In this document: positions 36,424 through 48,833 of the stretch, one piece after another | Numbering within the stretch: position 1 is the stretch's first letter | How the letters are laid out: the number at the start of each line of letters is the position of its first letter | Assembly (NCBI GenBank): GCA_017654855.1 | Contig: CM030338.1 | Coordinates: 2,914,001 to 2,978,000, forward strand | Length of the DNA: 64,000 nucleotides | Reading direction: 5' to 3' | Origin: Podospora anserina | Taxonomy: Eukaryota | The notes under the pieces: model-generated | Databases searched by the model: none | What the model was told of the DNA's origin: nothing | The model's input: only the letters and a program-made list of their open reading frames with translations | Made by a program: the position numbers and the translations under genes

Positions 36424-39255
36424 GGTGGAGGTGGTTGTGTCCTGGGAGGGCTCAAGGGTAGTAGGATAGCAGCGAGTCTAGAATGATGCGGGTTGAGACG
36501 TAGGTTGAGAGGATAAGCCAAGTAGGTGGCGGCTAGAACAGATGGTTTGGTGTGTTTTCGGTAGATGAGAGGGTGAAACGCAAAGTCTGGATAGATCACA
36601 AAAGGGCTGTGAACAGTCGAGAGTCGAGTTGGCCTCTCCTCGAGAAGTCTGCGGCTTCCTGCGATGCAGGAACTAACCACGTTTACAGGCGCGGTTGACC
36701 AACATGACGACCTTGAGGAAGAGGTGAACGGTGGGGGAAGTAGCAAGGCGGGCGGGCAGCTGGTCGCGAAGGTAAGCGGTAGTGGTGGTGGCTGAAGGCG
36801 ATAGATATCTTGGGTAGTAGGTAGCTGCCCAGAATAGGTGGAATCCCGGCGGTGAGCGAACAGGACTTGGCAGGGTTGTAAACGGTGCAGAGTGAATTAA
36901 AATCTCCTATCTGGGGTAGCAGTTTCTTGGTAGGGTAATGGCCCTTCGGAGCAAGTTAAAATAAGGCGAGCAGAGCGTCAAGCGATGGATGTAGATGACC
37001 TTTTTGTTCGCTGTAGCGCTGTAGCGGCGTGGTGGCTGACCACTTAAACCAACAGTTTAAGTGCCAAGGAAAAGATTCAAGAAGTAGAGATCCGAGGGAC
37101 GGTTGCCAAGGTGCCAAGTTGCCAAGCCACTTGGTCCCAGTGTTGGTGAGCATTTGAGGCGTGGGTCCAGACCGCGCACCCCGGTCAATGGTGGATCCTG
37201 TGCGCTTTGGCAGAAGGACCTCTGGGACACGTGGGGGCGATGAACAAAATGTGAGGACAACCACCAAGAGCAACACTTGATTCTGTCAACAGCAATACCA
37301 CTGTATGTACGGATATCTTTATATCTCCATGTTGTCTACCTGCTCCCGTCTTGTGTCTCGATCCTCCCCGCGCTCTTTGCTCCCTCCCGAGCAGCGCTTG
37401 CGGATCAATGGAATTTTTGCACAGCCTCCCAGCCAAGATCTCCCAAGCTTTCCATCCGGCGGGCAACATCCAGCATCGGGAAAACGTCCTGAAAGCGGTC
37501 TCGCTGACAAAGGAAAATAATCAGAGGGCAGTGCCAATTGCACAGCATTAGCGTCCTGTGCTCCCTAAGAGTGAGCGTCACGCTTGTTCAAACCATCTCG
37601 GAAAGTTTGCATCATGGATCAGAAATAAATAAAAATTCCACCAGCGAGTGTCAGTGTTTCACAGTCTTCGATATGCACCCTGCGACAGGGGTCTCCATTG
37701 CCAAGCCAACCAACCGGATCCCGTCCATTACTGTTGTCTCGACAATGTCGTCACTGTTAAGAACCACGATATCGGATGAAGATCAGAGGGGAGCACGGTC
37801 TAGAACTGCAACCTCAAGCTTACTCAGATGTTATACGACACGGCATATTCCCTACCGCCGAAGCTTCACAAACACCACACCGCTGACATGCAACACTTAG
37901 TTATATGCGCAATTTTGTTTCCCTTCTTGCTTCAGTAACAACCCCGCATGAGATGGGTATACAAGACAAGCTTTGTTCGGAAGGACCAGATGACGGGATG
38001 GGACTCAACTGAGGGCGGCACAAAGGGCACCGAGATGGCGCTACAACAGACACAACACACACCCGAGCCACACCCAACTGCCGCCTGCTCCTTTTTCGGT
38101 ACTGGTTCTGATACGCCACTTGTCTCCTCCCCAGAGATCCTTCAGTGTGTAACTCTCGGAACATACCACCACCACCACCACCTCCACCACCTCCACCACA
38201 CTCTGGGTTTGTTTCATGTCACCACAGTTGGCAACTTTAAGAGTGGCTTGCTTGTCTCCGAAAGTAGTACGTATAACTTGGGACCGGACTGAGGGCTCGT
38301 GATCATTTTTGTGATATGTTGTCACGACTGTTGGGGGTGGGGTTGGTGGGCTTCAACTTGCAAATGGGAGCAGAAGTAGCTCTGTGGGATATATATCAAA
38401 CAAATGGTTTTCTTGCGATATCGCATCTGCCACGGCGTGACTGCGTTTTGAAGCAAGTTTGGCAGCTCTTGATGGCCGCTGGGCAGGCAGCAATTTGGGA
38501 AGCTTGCATATTTCTCCCAAGTCCAAAGTTCAGATGGACAACTCCCATTTGGTGTCAAGCACACCTAACTAACACCCCTGATTACTCACCTGGCTCAACA
38601 TAAGCAACGGTCAACACTGTCAGGTGCCTGAATCTCTCAAGAGCCGAAAGAATTTCCCGTACAAACTGGAATCTTTACGGCCACTGGATTGGAAAAACTC
38701 ATCTACTCAAAGACCAACAACACACACTGACAAGACATCAAACACCTCAGCCATCGTGATAACTTGCCTGCCACAAACGCCCAAAGTGGGTAGGGATGCC
38801 AACTGACATCTTGTCAACCTTGAATATGCCCAATGGCTCGTGGTGAGCTACTTTACGGCCGCCCAGTGACCTACACAAGTAGCTCTTTACCACACATGAT
38901 CTCCAAAGATGTTAGTAGGCTTGTTGTTTTGTCCATAGCGTGCCAGGTTACCAACAGGAACCAATATGTTGCTGTTGGCCATTGAGCCTCTAGGTAGCCA
39001 GGCTGTACAACCTGCCAAACCTGAAATTAAGGAACATCACAAAACATTTTTATCAACTTATTCCAGCTGCATACAGAGAGAAAGAGAGCCCACTTGTTTG
39101 ACCACAACACTGCACGAGCATTTATTTTTCCCAAGTTCTATATCATCATGTCAACCTTGATTTTATTGTCTAACCCGCAAGAACCCTTTTATATCTCATC
39201 TATTCTTACACTCCCATCTATATACACTTTATGTACTTAAACTGGCCCCCCAAGC

Positions 39256-42198
39256 CTAATTCATAACCCCTGCCCTCTCAGCAATATGCCAAAACCTATG
39301 CTTCCACCACCTAGCCGTCATCACCAACTCGCCTTCCTCCCTCCCCATCCCCGCCCCAGGCCTGACAGCCTCCAACCTCATCCCCCCCTTCCCGTCCTTC
39401 ACCCCATCAACAACAACCAAATCCTCCCTCACCTCCCTCGCCCTCCTCACCAACCTCCTCGCCCCCTCCCGATCCCCACTGTTCAGCAACCCGACCAAAT
39501 AATCACACAGCATCCCAAACGTCATCCCCACCTCCTTCTCCCCCTCAAACTCCTTCCGGAAAACCTCCTTCGCCTTCTCCACCTCACCAGCCTGACAAAA
39601 CCCACTGATGACCCTCTCCCAAAAAACCCTGTCCACATTCGCCTTTGGCCCGTGAAGACGTCTGTTCTTGATCAAATCCGCAACCGCCTTCGAGTTGGGC
39701 GGGTTCTGATTGAAAAAGTGTTCCACCAACATGGTGTAGATATGCGGCGTCGGCTCCAACCCAGACTGCAAAATCTGCCCATACACCGCCTTGAGCGTCT
39801 CCTTCCCCTCCTCCCCCTGATCAACCAACAGCTTGATAATCTTGGCATAAATCATCATATTCGCCCTTATCCCACTAGCCTCCATCTCCGTGATAAACTT
39901 CCTCACATGCGCGAGCTGCTCGCCCTTCGGCCGGTCAGCATAATTCCTCATCGTGCCCTCGAACAGAATCGTAAACGTCGCGGCATCCGCCTCAATCCCG
40001 GCGTCCTGCATCTGAGACAGCAGCCTCCGAATACCAGGGATATCCATCTTGAGAACCAACGGCCGAAGCAGGATGTTGAATGTATGGATATCAGGGTTAA
40101 TCCCCTGCTTCCCCGCCCACGCAAGCACAGTCATGACATCCTTTTGCCTGTTCGCTTTGAGCAGGCCCGATATCGCGGCATTGACAGGCTCGATAGACGG
40201 CTTGACCGCCACAAGCGGATTCTTCTCCCTGCTCGCCCACGTCCTCTCCATATCCACCAACGCCCTGATCCCCCCTTCCGCATCCCCGGATTTGAACAAC
40301 CCCGCCACGCGAGACGTCCAGATATGCGTATCCAGCTTCACCCCAGCCGTGATCAAATTCTCCCACATCTTATCCAGCGCCCCCTTGGACCGAGCCCTGC
40401 TACACCCCTCAATCAGCGCGCTCCAGGTCCTGATCGTAGGCTTGACATTAACCCTGTGCATGCTCTCCCAGACATGGTTCGTCAGTTCCGTCTGCCTGAG
40501 CTGCATAAACGCCTGAATAAAATAGTCAAACAAAGTCGGATCCTCACTCATGACTCTGATCCTCTCCTCGTCCGGGTTCTTGTCCGGTCCCCAAAAGTCA
40601 ACCCACGCCGCCTTCACCTCTCGAAGGTTGGCCCTCTTGAGAGCGGTTCCAATCCTGCGGTGGATCCCCTCCCGGTGTTGACGCCGCTCCGCCTCCGGAG
40701 TCCTCACCCGCATGTACCAAATGTGATTGCCGTCTTCCTCGCCGAGGTCGCGGATGTACCTGAGCAGATCCTGATACTCGGCAAAGTTATACTCTAGATC
40801 CCGATCATTCGGCGGTTTCGCCCGCGTCAGGACATTTTTCATCATCTTGGTAAACATCGAGGCTTGATCCCTCGTCTGGTAGTTGGTGTTGATGCGGTCG
40901 GTGAGCATTCGATACGTCGCATAGGCTGCCCAGCTGATGTTGTACCGAGAGGTGTTCAGCTGCAGTTTTTCAGGGGACAGTGAAATAAAGAGCTGAGTAT
41001 AAGGCACTGCCAAGCTCGTCTCCAAGCCATGGACTGTTTCATGGAGCTTCTTCGTATCAGGCGTCGGAGCGGCGTTTCGTCGAGGCACTTCTTTCAGGAA
41101 CTCGGGGTTGTGCTCGATGAAAACGTCCCACGACTGCAGCAGGTCTCTTATGAGGATTGCACGGTTGGCCATGGCGGCCTCATAGTCTTGCAACGTCGGA
41201 AAGGCATCTGGTGTTGTCTCCTGCCGGGTGATGTGCTGGACCAACGTGAGAATCAGTTTGCCCCAGGCGACATAGTACAAATTGGACAGCCCAAACGTGA
41301 CTTCGGTGATACGCGAGACAGAGGGAAGCCTGGGATCGTCCGGGTTGGCGATCTTGACTCTTGTGAGATAGCTCAGAAAATCGCGAGCCACTTCGTCCTT
41401 CATGAGCTCGCGTATGCCGGCCTTGGCCTCCATCAGTGGCTGCAGTTTCTCCTCGAAGAAGGCAAGGGCGGCCTCGTAGTCATGGTCGACAGTCATCATC
41501 TGCTTCAACTTGGCCACATCTTCGAAAAATTCAAGGCTGCTGCCCACGGGACTGATGTTGATGCCCTCCTTCTCTTCTCGTGTCTCTTCCCGTGCGTTGC
41601 GCGTTTCCGATACTGGCTGGGGGTTCTCTGGTTCCTCTGCTGCTTCTAAAACCTCGGGTGTCTCTTGTGCTTCTGGTGTCTCGATTTTCTCGGGCGCCTC
41701 TGTCGTTTCCATGACGGCTTGTCCCACTATCGTCTCCTTGCTCTCTGGCATCGGCGCTAGCTCTATCCTCTCTGGTGCCTCAGCTGGAGCCGAGACCGGC
41801 GCAGGCCGGGCTGCTTGGGGCACCGAGGGCGAAGAGAGTTTGACACTGCGAGGACTTGGTCCACTCGGCTTGATCGACGGCACAGAAGGAGCTGGTGGTG
41901 CGGGAGTAGGTGGTGGTCGGACTGGACCATCTGGTTGCGCTATATCCCCAAGAATGGACCTAAACATGGCCACGGCAGCGGCACGTTTTCTCGAGGCAGC
42001 CTCGAGTAGATCGGACGGTGGTTCGGGTTCTTCATGCTGCTGCCGGGTGCTGTTCGTAGCTGTTCGAGCAGGTCTCGGTCTGGGGCTGGAGTTGGAGCTA
42101 TAACTTCGTGGTGTTGAAGGACGAGGACCCCGCCCTCTGACGGCGGCCAGCAGCTGGACTTCGCATCGTAGACAGACGTTCCTCCCAAGATCGCGCAT
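39256..42198 (-). CDS. Mitochondrial pentatricopeptide-repeat (PPR) protein
   Basis: Presequence-like N-terminus (VCLRC..RSYSS) and tandem ~35-aa repeats: KPTIRTWSALIEGC, KLDTHIWTSRVAGL, NPDIHTFNILL, EADAATFTILF, EPTPHIYTMLVEHF. Confidence 0.9.
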   Translation of the reverse strand: MRDLGRNVCLRCEVQLLAAVRGRGPRPSTPRSYSSNSSPRPRPARTATNSTRQQHEEPEPPSDLLEAASRKRAAAVAMFRSILGDIAQPDGPVRPPPTPAPPAPSVPSIKPSGPSPRSVKLSSPSVPQAARPAPVSAPAEAPERIELAPMPESKETIVGQAVMETTEAPEKIETPEAQETPEVLEAAEEPENPQPVSETRNAREETREEKEGINISPVGSSLEFFEDVAKLKQMMTVDHDYEAALAFFEEKLQPLMEAKAGIRELMKDEVARDFLSYLTRVKIANPDDPRLPSVSRITEVTFGLSNLYYVAWGKLILTLVQHITRQETTPDAFPTLQDYEAAMANRAILIRDLLQSWDVFIEHNPEFLKEVPRRNAAPTPDTKKLHETVHGLETSLAVPYTQLFISLSPEKLQLNTSRYNISWAAYATYRMLTDRINTNYQTRDQASMFTKMMKNVLTRAKPPNDRDLEYNFAEYQDLLRYIRDLGEEDGNHIWYMRVRTPEAERRQHREGIHRRIGTALKRANLREVKAAWVDFWGPDKNPDEERIRVMSEDPTLFDYFIQAFMQLRQTELTNHVWESMHRVNVKPTIRTWSALIEGCSRARSKGALDKMWENLITAGVKLDTHIWTSRVAGLFKSGDAEGGIRALVDMERTWASREKNPLVAVKPSIEPVNAAISGLLKANRQKDVMTVLAWAGKQGINPDIHTFNILLRPLVLKMDIPGIRRLLSQMQDAGIEADAATFTILFEGTMRNYADRPKGEQLAHVRKFITEMEASGIRANMMIYAKIIKLLVDQGEEGKETLKAVYGQILQSGLEPTPHIYTMLVEHFFNQNPPNSKAVADLIKNRRLHGPKANVDRVFWERVISGFCQAGEVEKAKEVFRKEFEGEKEVGMTFGMLCDYLVGLLNSGDREGARRLVRRAREVREDLVVVDGVKDGKGGMRLEAVRPGAGMGREEGELVMTARWWKHRFWHIAERAGVMN

Positions 42199-42503
42199 GT
42201 TCCGTTTTGAATGCGCCGACCTTTTGTCGCCTGCGATTGCGAGTTGTGTCGAGGTTTACATATAAAAAGAAGCTCTAGCTTTCAAATTTTGGGGACAAAA
42301 GCAAAACGGCCAAAGCCAATTGGGGGGGGACCAGGAACAAAAATGCCCCACATCCCCCACATTTCGACAACAGGCAGCATCCATTGACATGCTTGGCACC
42401 CGAGGGTACCCCCAAAGGGGCAACTTGGTCTCCCGATACGTCATTGTAACCTTTGACCTGATATCTTGGTGATATTCATCTTATCATATCAACAAATATC
42501 AAG

Positions 42504-44079
42504 ATGACCACCCTCCAACCCCGGCCGCCGTATACCGATGCCGAGCTGCAGAAGCTCTACCCCCCCAACCTGGACCTGCAGCTCGTCCAGATCCTCATGC
42601 GCCATGTAAGTCATTCCTTCACCGTCCTATACCACGAACCCAACATACGTCTAACCACCCCCCCCCAATCCCCCAGGGCGAACGCACCCCCGTCTCTCCC
42701 CGCTTCCAAAACACCGGCCTCCCCCCCTTCTGGCCCTACTGCACCTCAGTCCGCCAAATAACCTCCACCATCCTCTCCCCCTCTTCTTCCTCTCTCACAA
42801 CCCTCCAATGGACCCGCCGCCTCGAGACCTTTTCGCGGGAATCCGACTCCCCCACCCTCGCCCTCTCCCCCACCTCCCACCCAGACAACATCTGCGACAT
42901 GGGCACCCTGACCGACCTAGGCCGGCAAACAACCTCCTCCCTCGGCGCCCGCCTCCGGGACCTCTACATCACCCGCTTAGGCTTCCTCCCCCCGGCAATA
43001 ACCTCCCCCTCCCAAATCTACCTCCGCACCACCCCCGTCCCTCGCGCGTTGGAATCCCTCCAACAGACATTTTCTACCCTCTACCCCCCTAACACGCGCC
43101 TTCCCTCCCCTGAAACGGGCATCTTCCCTACACCGGTGATCATCACGCGGGCACATGCGGATGAAACGCTTTACCCCAACGATGGCAACTGCAGGCGCTT
43201 TGCGGCTTTGTCACGGGCTTTTGCGCAGAGGGCGGCGGATAGACATAACAACACGCCTGACATGGAATACCTCAACCAGCTGATAGGCAAGTGGATGGAC
43301 GGGGGGAAGGTGGCGGTTGACAGCAGGCCGAGACTTTCTGGTGTGATGGATACGATTAATGCTACTTTGGCGCATGGACCCGAGACAAGACTACCGAAGG
43401 AGTTTTATGATGAAAAGGCGAGGGGGATAATCGAAAAGATTGGGGTGGAGGAGTGGTTTCAGGGTTACAGAGAGTCGGAAGAGTATAGGAGGTTGGGGAT
43501 TGGGGGTTTGGTCGGGGATTTGGTTGAGCGGATGGTCAAGAGTGTGGAGGGGAGGGGTGATGGGGTGAGGTTTGGGTTGCTTGGGTGTCATGATACTACG
43601 CTTGCGGGGATGCTGGCGAGTTTGGGGGCTTTTGGGACGGAGAGGTGGGTGCCGTTTACTAGTCATGTTGCTGTTGAGTTGTTTACGGATAATATGAAAG
43701 GGGGAAGGGAAAGGGGGGGGTGGTTTGGGGGTTTGTTTGGAAAGGGGAAAGAGATTGGGAGACGGCCGGCGGAGGAGTTGGGGGAAGAGGAGAAGAAGAA
43801 GTTGGAGGGGTATTATGTTAGGTTGAGATATAATGATGAGGTGGTTACTGTGCCCGGGTGTAGGATGGAGGGGAGGCATTTGGAGGGGGATGAGTCGTTT
43901 TGTACTCTGGTGAGTGAGACTTGATGTGTTTGGGATGGGTGAGTTTGCTGACTGGGATGTAGGCTGCCTTTAAGGAGATTGTGGATAAGTTCACGCCCAA
44001 GAACTGGAAGCAGGAATGTCGGATGGGCAGAGGGGAGACGGTTTCTTTGCCGAAGGTGCCGGAGCCGGCTGGGTATTGA
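42504..44079 (+). CDS. Histidine acid phosphatase (branch 2, ACP6-like); introns 42606..42676 and 43910..43962
   Basis: Catalytic RH|GERTP is formed by splicing; also GTLTDLG, YLRTT..RALESLQ and the HD motif GCHDTTL. Confidence 0.9.
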
Positions 44080-45326
44080 TGGCTTTGAGACTGTGGGAGC
44101 ATGAGTAGATGCATTTGGCCGAGTGCGTAGGCTGGAGCTGGGTGGTTGCATATGGTAGGAAACCATCGTACATTATCATCACATGAAAGCACACCTTCTA
44201 AAGCTCAGCTATGCCTTGAGTTTCTGAGTGCCAGTTCTGGGGTTTGGCAATCATGATACATCATCTTGTGTGTGTGTGTCGATGAAGTTCAACCACTGGG
44301 GTGTAGTATGTGGCTTGGTCGGTGTCCGAACGGACGAAAGAAACAGCTTCTGACCAAACAATAAAGGGGGAGTTAAAAGCGGGAAGGAACGTGTGTCTTG
44401 ATCATCATTGGTTGTTTGCGGGTGAGGCTCGAGTCTATATTGACCACATCTCTTTTCCTGCTCCCTCGGGAGAGAGCGATGAGCGGCCTCCCTCGGACTT
44501 GTTTTACTGTGAATTTCCATGTTTTGACTTGCTGAAGACCGAACAGCAAGTACGAGCTGAACGAGATTCGGAACACTCCTTGTTCTGGAGTAAAGAGTTG
44601 CGGTTGCGTAGGTTATGTGTGATTGGGGCGAAGGTTCAGCTGGCACTTGTACACTCTCTCTTGGCGCAGGGGACTGTAGGCAAAGTAGCAGTTTGTAACC
44701 AGGTAGGGAGATACCCTAGATTTAAACTTGACATCGGTCTTTTTGGAGGTGGCTCTGCCAGGAGAGTTTGATTTTGAGAAGAGTAGGATCTGCAGTATCA
44801 TTATTGAGACATTTGCAGGTCGGATCCGCTTGAGAGTTTGCCTGAGAGTGATCTTGGACATGCTGCTGATGTCAACTGTGATGAAAGGGTAAGGCGAGTG
44901 AGACGATTCCATGACAAGTAGCTAAAGTTTTCATGATAAATCACCTGTGAGAAAGTAGAGAGATAGTACCTTGATCTAAACACTTGAATCTCAATATAAT
45001 ATATCTTAAGCCGTCTCAAATGTTGATGTATGCCATACATCATCTAAAATCTATTTACCACCCAACCAAACCCAAAGTCTTTGGAAGAAAATAAACCGAA
45101 AAGGCAAAGAAAAAGAATGCAACGTAAAACAACAAAAGCCGTGAGAAGCGTTCAAAAGCCCAAACCGGATATTAGTATATATACCAAAGAAAAGAAGAAC
45201 AGAACCCCCACTCGTCCAGTAAAGGAATACCTTCTCTAGTACAGCCCAACACAGTCCCGCTGTATTTTTTTTTTCTCTCTCTCTCTCTCTCCCTTTATCC
45301 ATCTCTATACAAATCCCATTTCCCCC

Positions 45327-47201
45327 TCAAAAACTCACATAATCAACCCACCCCCTCCCCCCAACAACCTCCCCAATATCCCTCCCCCTTCCTTGCACCC
45401 TCTCCCTCAACCCCCTCACCCACCCCATCTCCAACCTCCCGTCCCCGCCAACCATAACCCCCTCATCCCACCCCGTCATCATCCCCGGCAGCTCACCATA
45501 AAACCAGTCCAGAACCTCAACAACCCACCCCACCAAATCCGGCTGCGCAGCCCCCTGCAAAACCCAATATCCCCCCCGACAGACACTCTCTGCCACCCCC
45601 CTCGTCTCCTTCCACCCCCACCTCATCGGGTCAACGCCCGCTAGCTTCCCGGATAAAGTAACTTCCACCCCTATTGGGCCGTCGATTACCGCCTCAAACA
45701 AAACCCAATACAGCCTCCACATCTTCGGCCAAAGCAGCACCAACCCCGACCAGTAAAACAACAACCCAAGCCCAGTCTGTGTATCCCTAAACGCAAACGT
45801 TTCCATAAACGGAATCTCCGGTTGGTATGGCAGGGTGGCTGGGTCCGCTATCCAGAATGCTGACCGGGGGAGGGAGGTGAACCATGCTGAAAGTCGGAGT
45901 TCAATATCCATCATGTTTGACAAGAGGTCTTGGGCAAGTAACCGGCGGGAGAGGGTGGGGGGTGTGTCAGGGGAGGCGATGCTGTTGAATCTGGCGAACA
46001 AGGCCGGGAGGAGGGATAGGAGGGACAAGAGATTGTCGAGCGGGGATGGGGGGTGGGATTCGTAGGGTGTGGTTTGCCATTCTGGACTTGACAAAAAGGT
46101 TGGGGTGGAGGAGAGGAGGGCCGTCCAGATTGCTGCTGGGCGGTAGATGCGAGCGAAGAAGTGGTGGTTTGGAAACTGACGAAACCCGGAGGGGCCGAGG
46201 CGGCGGACGGTGGAGGTTTGGAGGGAGGGGTCTTTCCATGGTGGGAGGGTGGGGTTGTATGTGATGGAGTTGTTGTGCTAGACGTCACATCACGGGTTAG
46301 AATGGGAGAGGAGAGGGGAGGGGAGGGGAGAAAAAGGGGCAGATACCTCGTAGAGAAACATGAATATACTATCCGTCTGCGTTCCTTGACCTCCTCGGGA
46401 TTCGCTCGGCGGTGCGAGGTGGACCATACACTGCGAGAACAGCTGGAAATCGTCCTCCCCGGGGTAGGGCGTCAGATCAGGGGATTGGTAAGTAGGAAAC
46501 GACACAAAGATTGTCCGGTTTTGTTCACCCTCGTCTTCATCGGTGGCGTAGGCTCTGATCACTGAGCTTAGTGGTGTGAAAAGGGCCGCGATCTGGACTT
46601 GAAAGGTTTGTCCTCCGCAAGAGACTGAAATCAAGTCATCCCATGCCGGCCGAAGGGGCGTGTTGGCTACGAGCTGGAAGCTGCCGGTGTCGTCGCTTCG
46701 TTTGGATGACAACTGCTTTCCGCTGCTCTTTTTGGATTTGACCACTCGGGGAGGGTGCGAGGAACACCGCCCTTGGTCTTCGATAGTGCCGATGATGAAT
46801 ACCGTCTCGCGCTCGTAGCCGGCGCATTCTCGGCCGCTGTCGAGGCATTTTCTGCAAAAAGGGCGCTCGTTGTCACACTGGGGATGCTGGGTTAGTTTCT
46901 GAGACTCTTCCAGAAGATGATGGTCATCCTCGAGGTTGGCTATATGGAAGAAATTACCTTGACTCGACGAACTCGGCAAGCTAGATATCATCGTCAGCTA
47001 TGACTCCTCCCACTTAAACCCGACAGCTTGGACGCCAGACTTACTGTTGCAGCCTTTGTACTTTCCTGGAACTCCGACTGTACCGGGGATAGTCAGCAAG
47101 ATATCTCCCTGTGTGGACAAGGACAGTACCGTAACTACCCAACAGCCCGTGCTAGGGCCGGTGACGTCTTGCCACAAGGAGAAGTAAGAAAACTCACCCA
47201 T
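45327..47201 (-). CDS. Zn(II)2Cys6 transcription factor; introns 47078..47197, 46981..47044, 46878..46957, 46278..46346
   Basis: Hand-spliced N-terminus MVGVPGKYKGCNTCRVRRVKCDNERPFCRKCLDSGREC (Cx2Cx6Cx6Cx2Cx6C). All four introns have GT..branch..YAG and the phases join the ORFs at 46290 and 45327. Confidence 0.88.
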
Positions 47202-48833
47202 ATTGATGACTATCGGCTTAGTAGGTATATATGCAGCGACGACTCGGCAGACTGAAACGGCAATAACGACAAAATCAGACAAGACAGATACTCATGGTGG
47301 TGTGTTCCGCGGCCCATTTGTACTTATTCTTCACCCTATGGTTTGCCTTCAGGTAACTCATCCATCAAGGGGGGGGGTTCAGAAAACAAGCCACGCAATA
47401 CACCTTTCTTCGCAATCTTCTTGTTGGCTCCAGAATAAACAGGATGATGGGTGATGGGTACACTCTTCGATCCAACAGGTCACTCTTCTAGTACCCGACG
47501 CCGTCCGGCTCATATCGTTGGGTGGTGACTTGGATCGGCACTGCCGTTGGGAAGGGAGAGGGGGGGGGGGGTCAACTAGGTACTAGAACATCAAAGACCT
47601 GCGACTGGGCTACCGTACATGACCTGCAGGTAACTCGTGAAAGATATCTTCAAGTTGGGAAAGCGCGGTTGTTTAGTAACTTTTATTTTCTTGTTGGATC
47701 TTGGAGAGTTCCTAACCAAACGGCGTCTACCTTGGCACTCACCACGACCACATGGTGGTAGGCTGAGATCAACACCCTCATCCCTCTCTTCGCTTTTTCC
47801 AACACCCCCCACCCCCTCCTAGCTTGAGAGGCAAGGCACGTCATAGAAGGCCTGGTGGAAAAAAGAACGTTGATGCTAGCTGCATGGGGTCATCTGGTGA
47901 GAACACGAGCACGCCCCGTTGGCGTTGAGTCGCAGTCGCGGTATGCGGACCCACGCAGTAAGAACTCACTTGCTTTGAGAGCGGAGTCGGACTCAAAGAA
48001 ACAATAAGATTGGAACTGACCGGCCGTCATGTGTGGTCTCCCAAACGAGCGGGAGGGAGGGCACTCGGCCAGTTCTAGCCGTACTCCACTAAGAGACAAG
48101 TATACTCGGCCGAGGCTTGAACGAGAACGAGAAGTCATAGGGCATAGGGCTGAGCACACGGGCGTTGCAGCATGGGGCATGATGGGATGGTTAGGTGAAG
48201 AAGGCGTGCAAGCATGTTCGGGACGCAGGCTGAGGTGGCTGACGAGGGGGGACGGTAAGGGGTAAGCCAGCGACAGTTCCATTGGACGAATTGGCTATTG
48301 GCCAACTACCAAGTTTGGCATGCGGCGCAGGCGGGAGCTCCATAGGAGGCCATACATGATCCAATCCAATTATCGCAACCGAACCAATGAAACCAACGAG
48401 AAGCGCCAACTGCTCCCCGATGAAGGCATCGCATATCATGGGGCACTGGGCATCTGGAGAGAAACTCGCCGACTGCCTTGAAGGGAGCCGTGAGGGAGCA
48501 CGCTGCAGTTGTAGGTAGGTAGGTAGCCTTCGGCGTGTGATGTCGAGATATCCACAGATGGTGTGCACAGGCTGACTCAGTTTAAGCATCTTTTGAACCT
48601 TGCATCATCCACACGGAACAGTTCCGGAATTCGGGTTTCAACTCCGTCATATTAGAGACGACCGTCGACTTTGCCGCGTCGCCTGAAATTTGGGGCCAGC
48701 CGCTGTCGAAACTTATGTACAAGAACGGTAGGAGGTATCATCAGCGTCGTGGCAGCTTACCAATTAGCACAGCCGTTGTCATGCTGTTGGTAGTGTTGCG
48801 TCTCGGATATTGGCGTGTGCAAGAAATACCTTC

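Noticed and set aside
36500-39200. Short ORFs between TRK1 and the PPR gene
   Set aside because: No recognisable product, terminal repeats or transposase/RT motifs.
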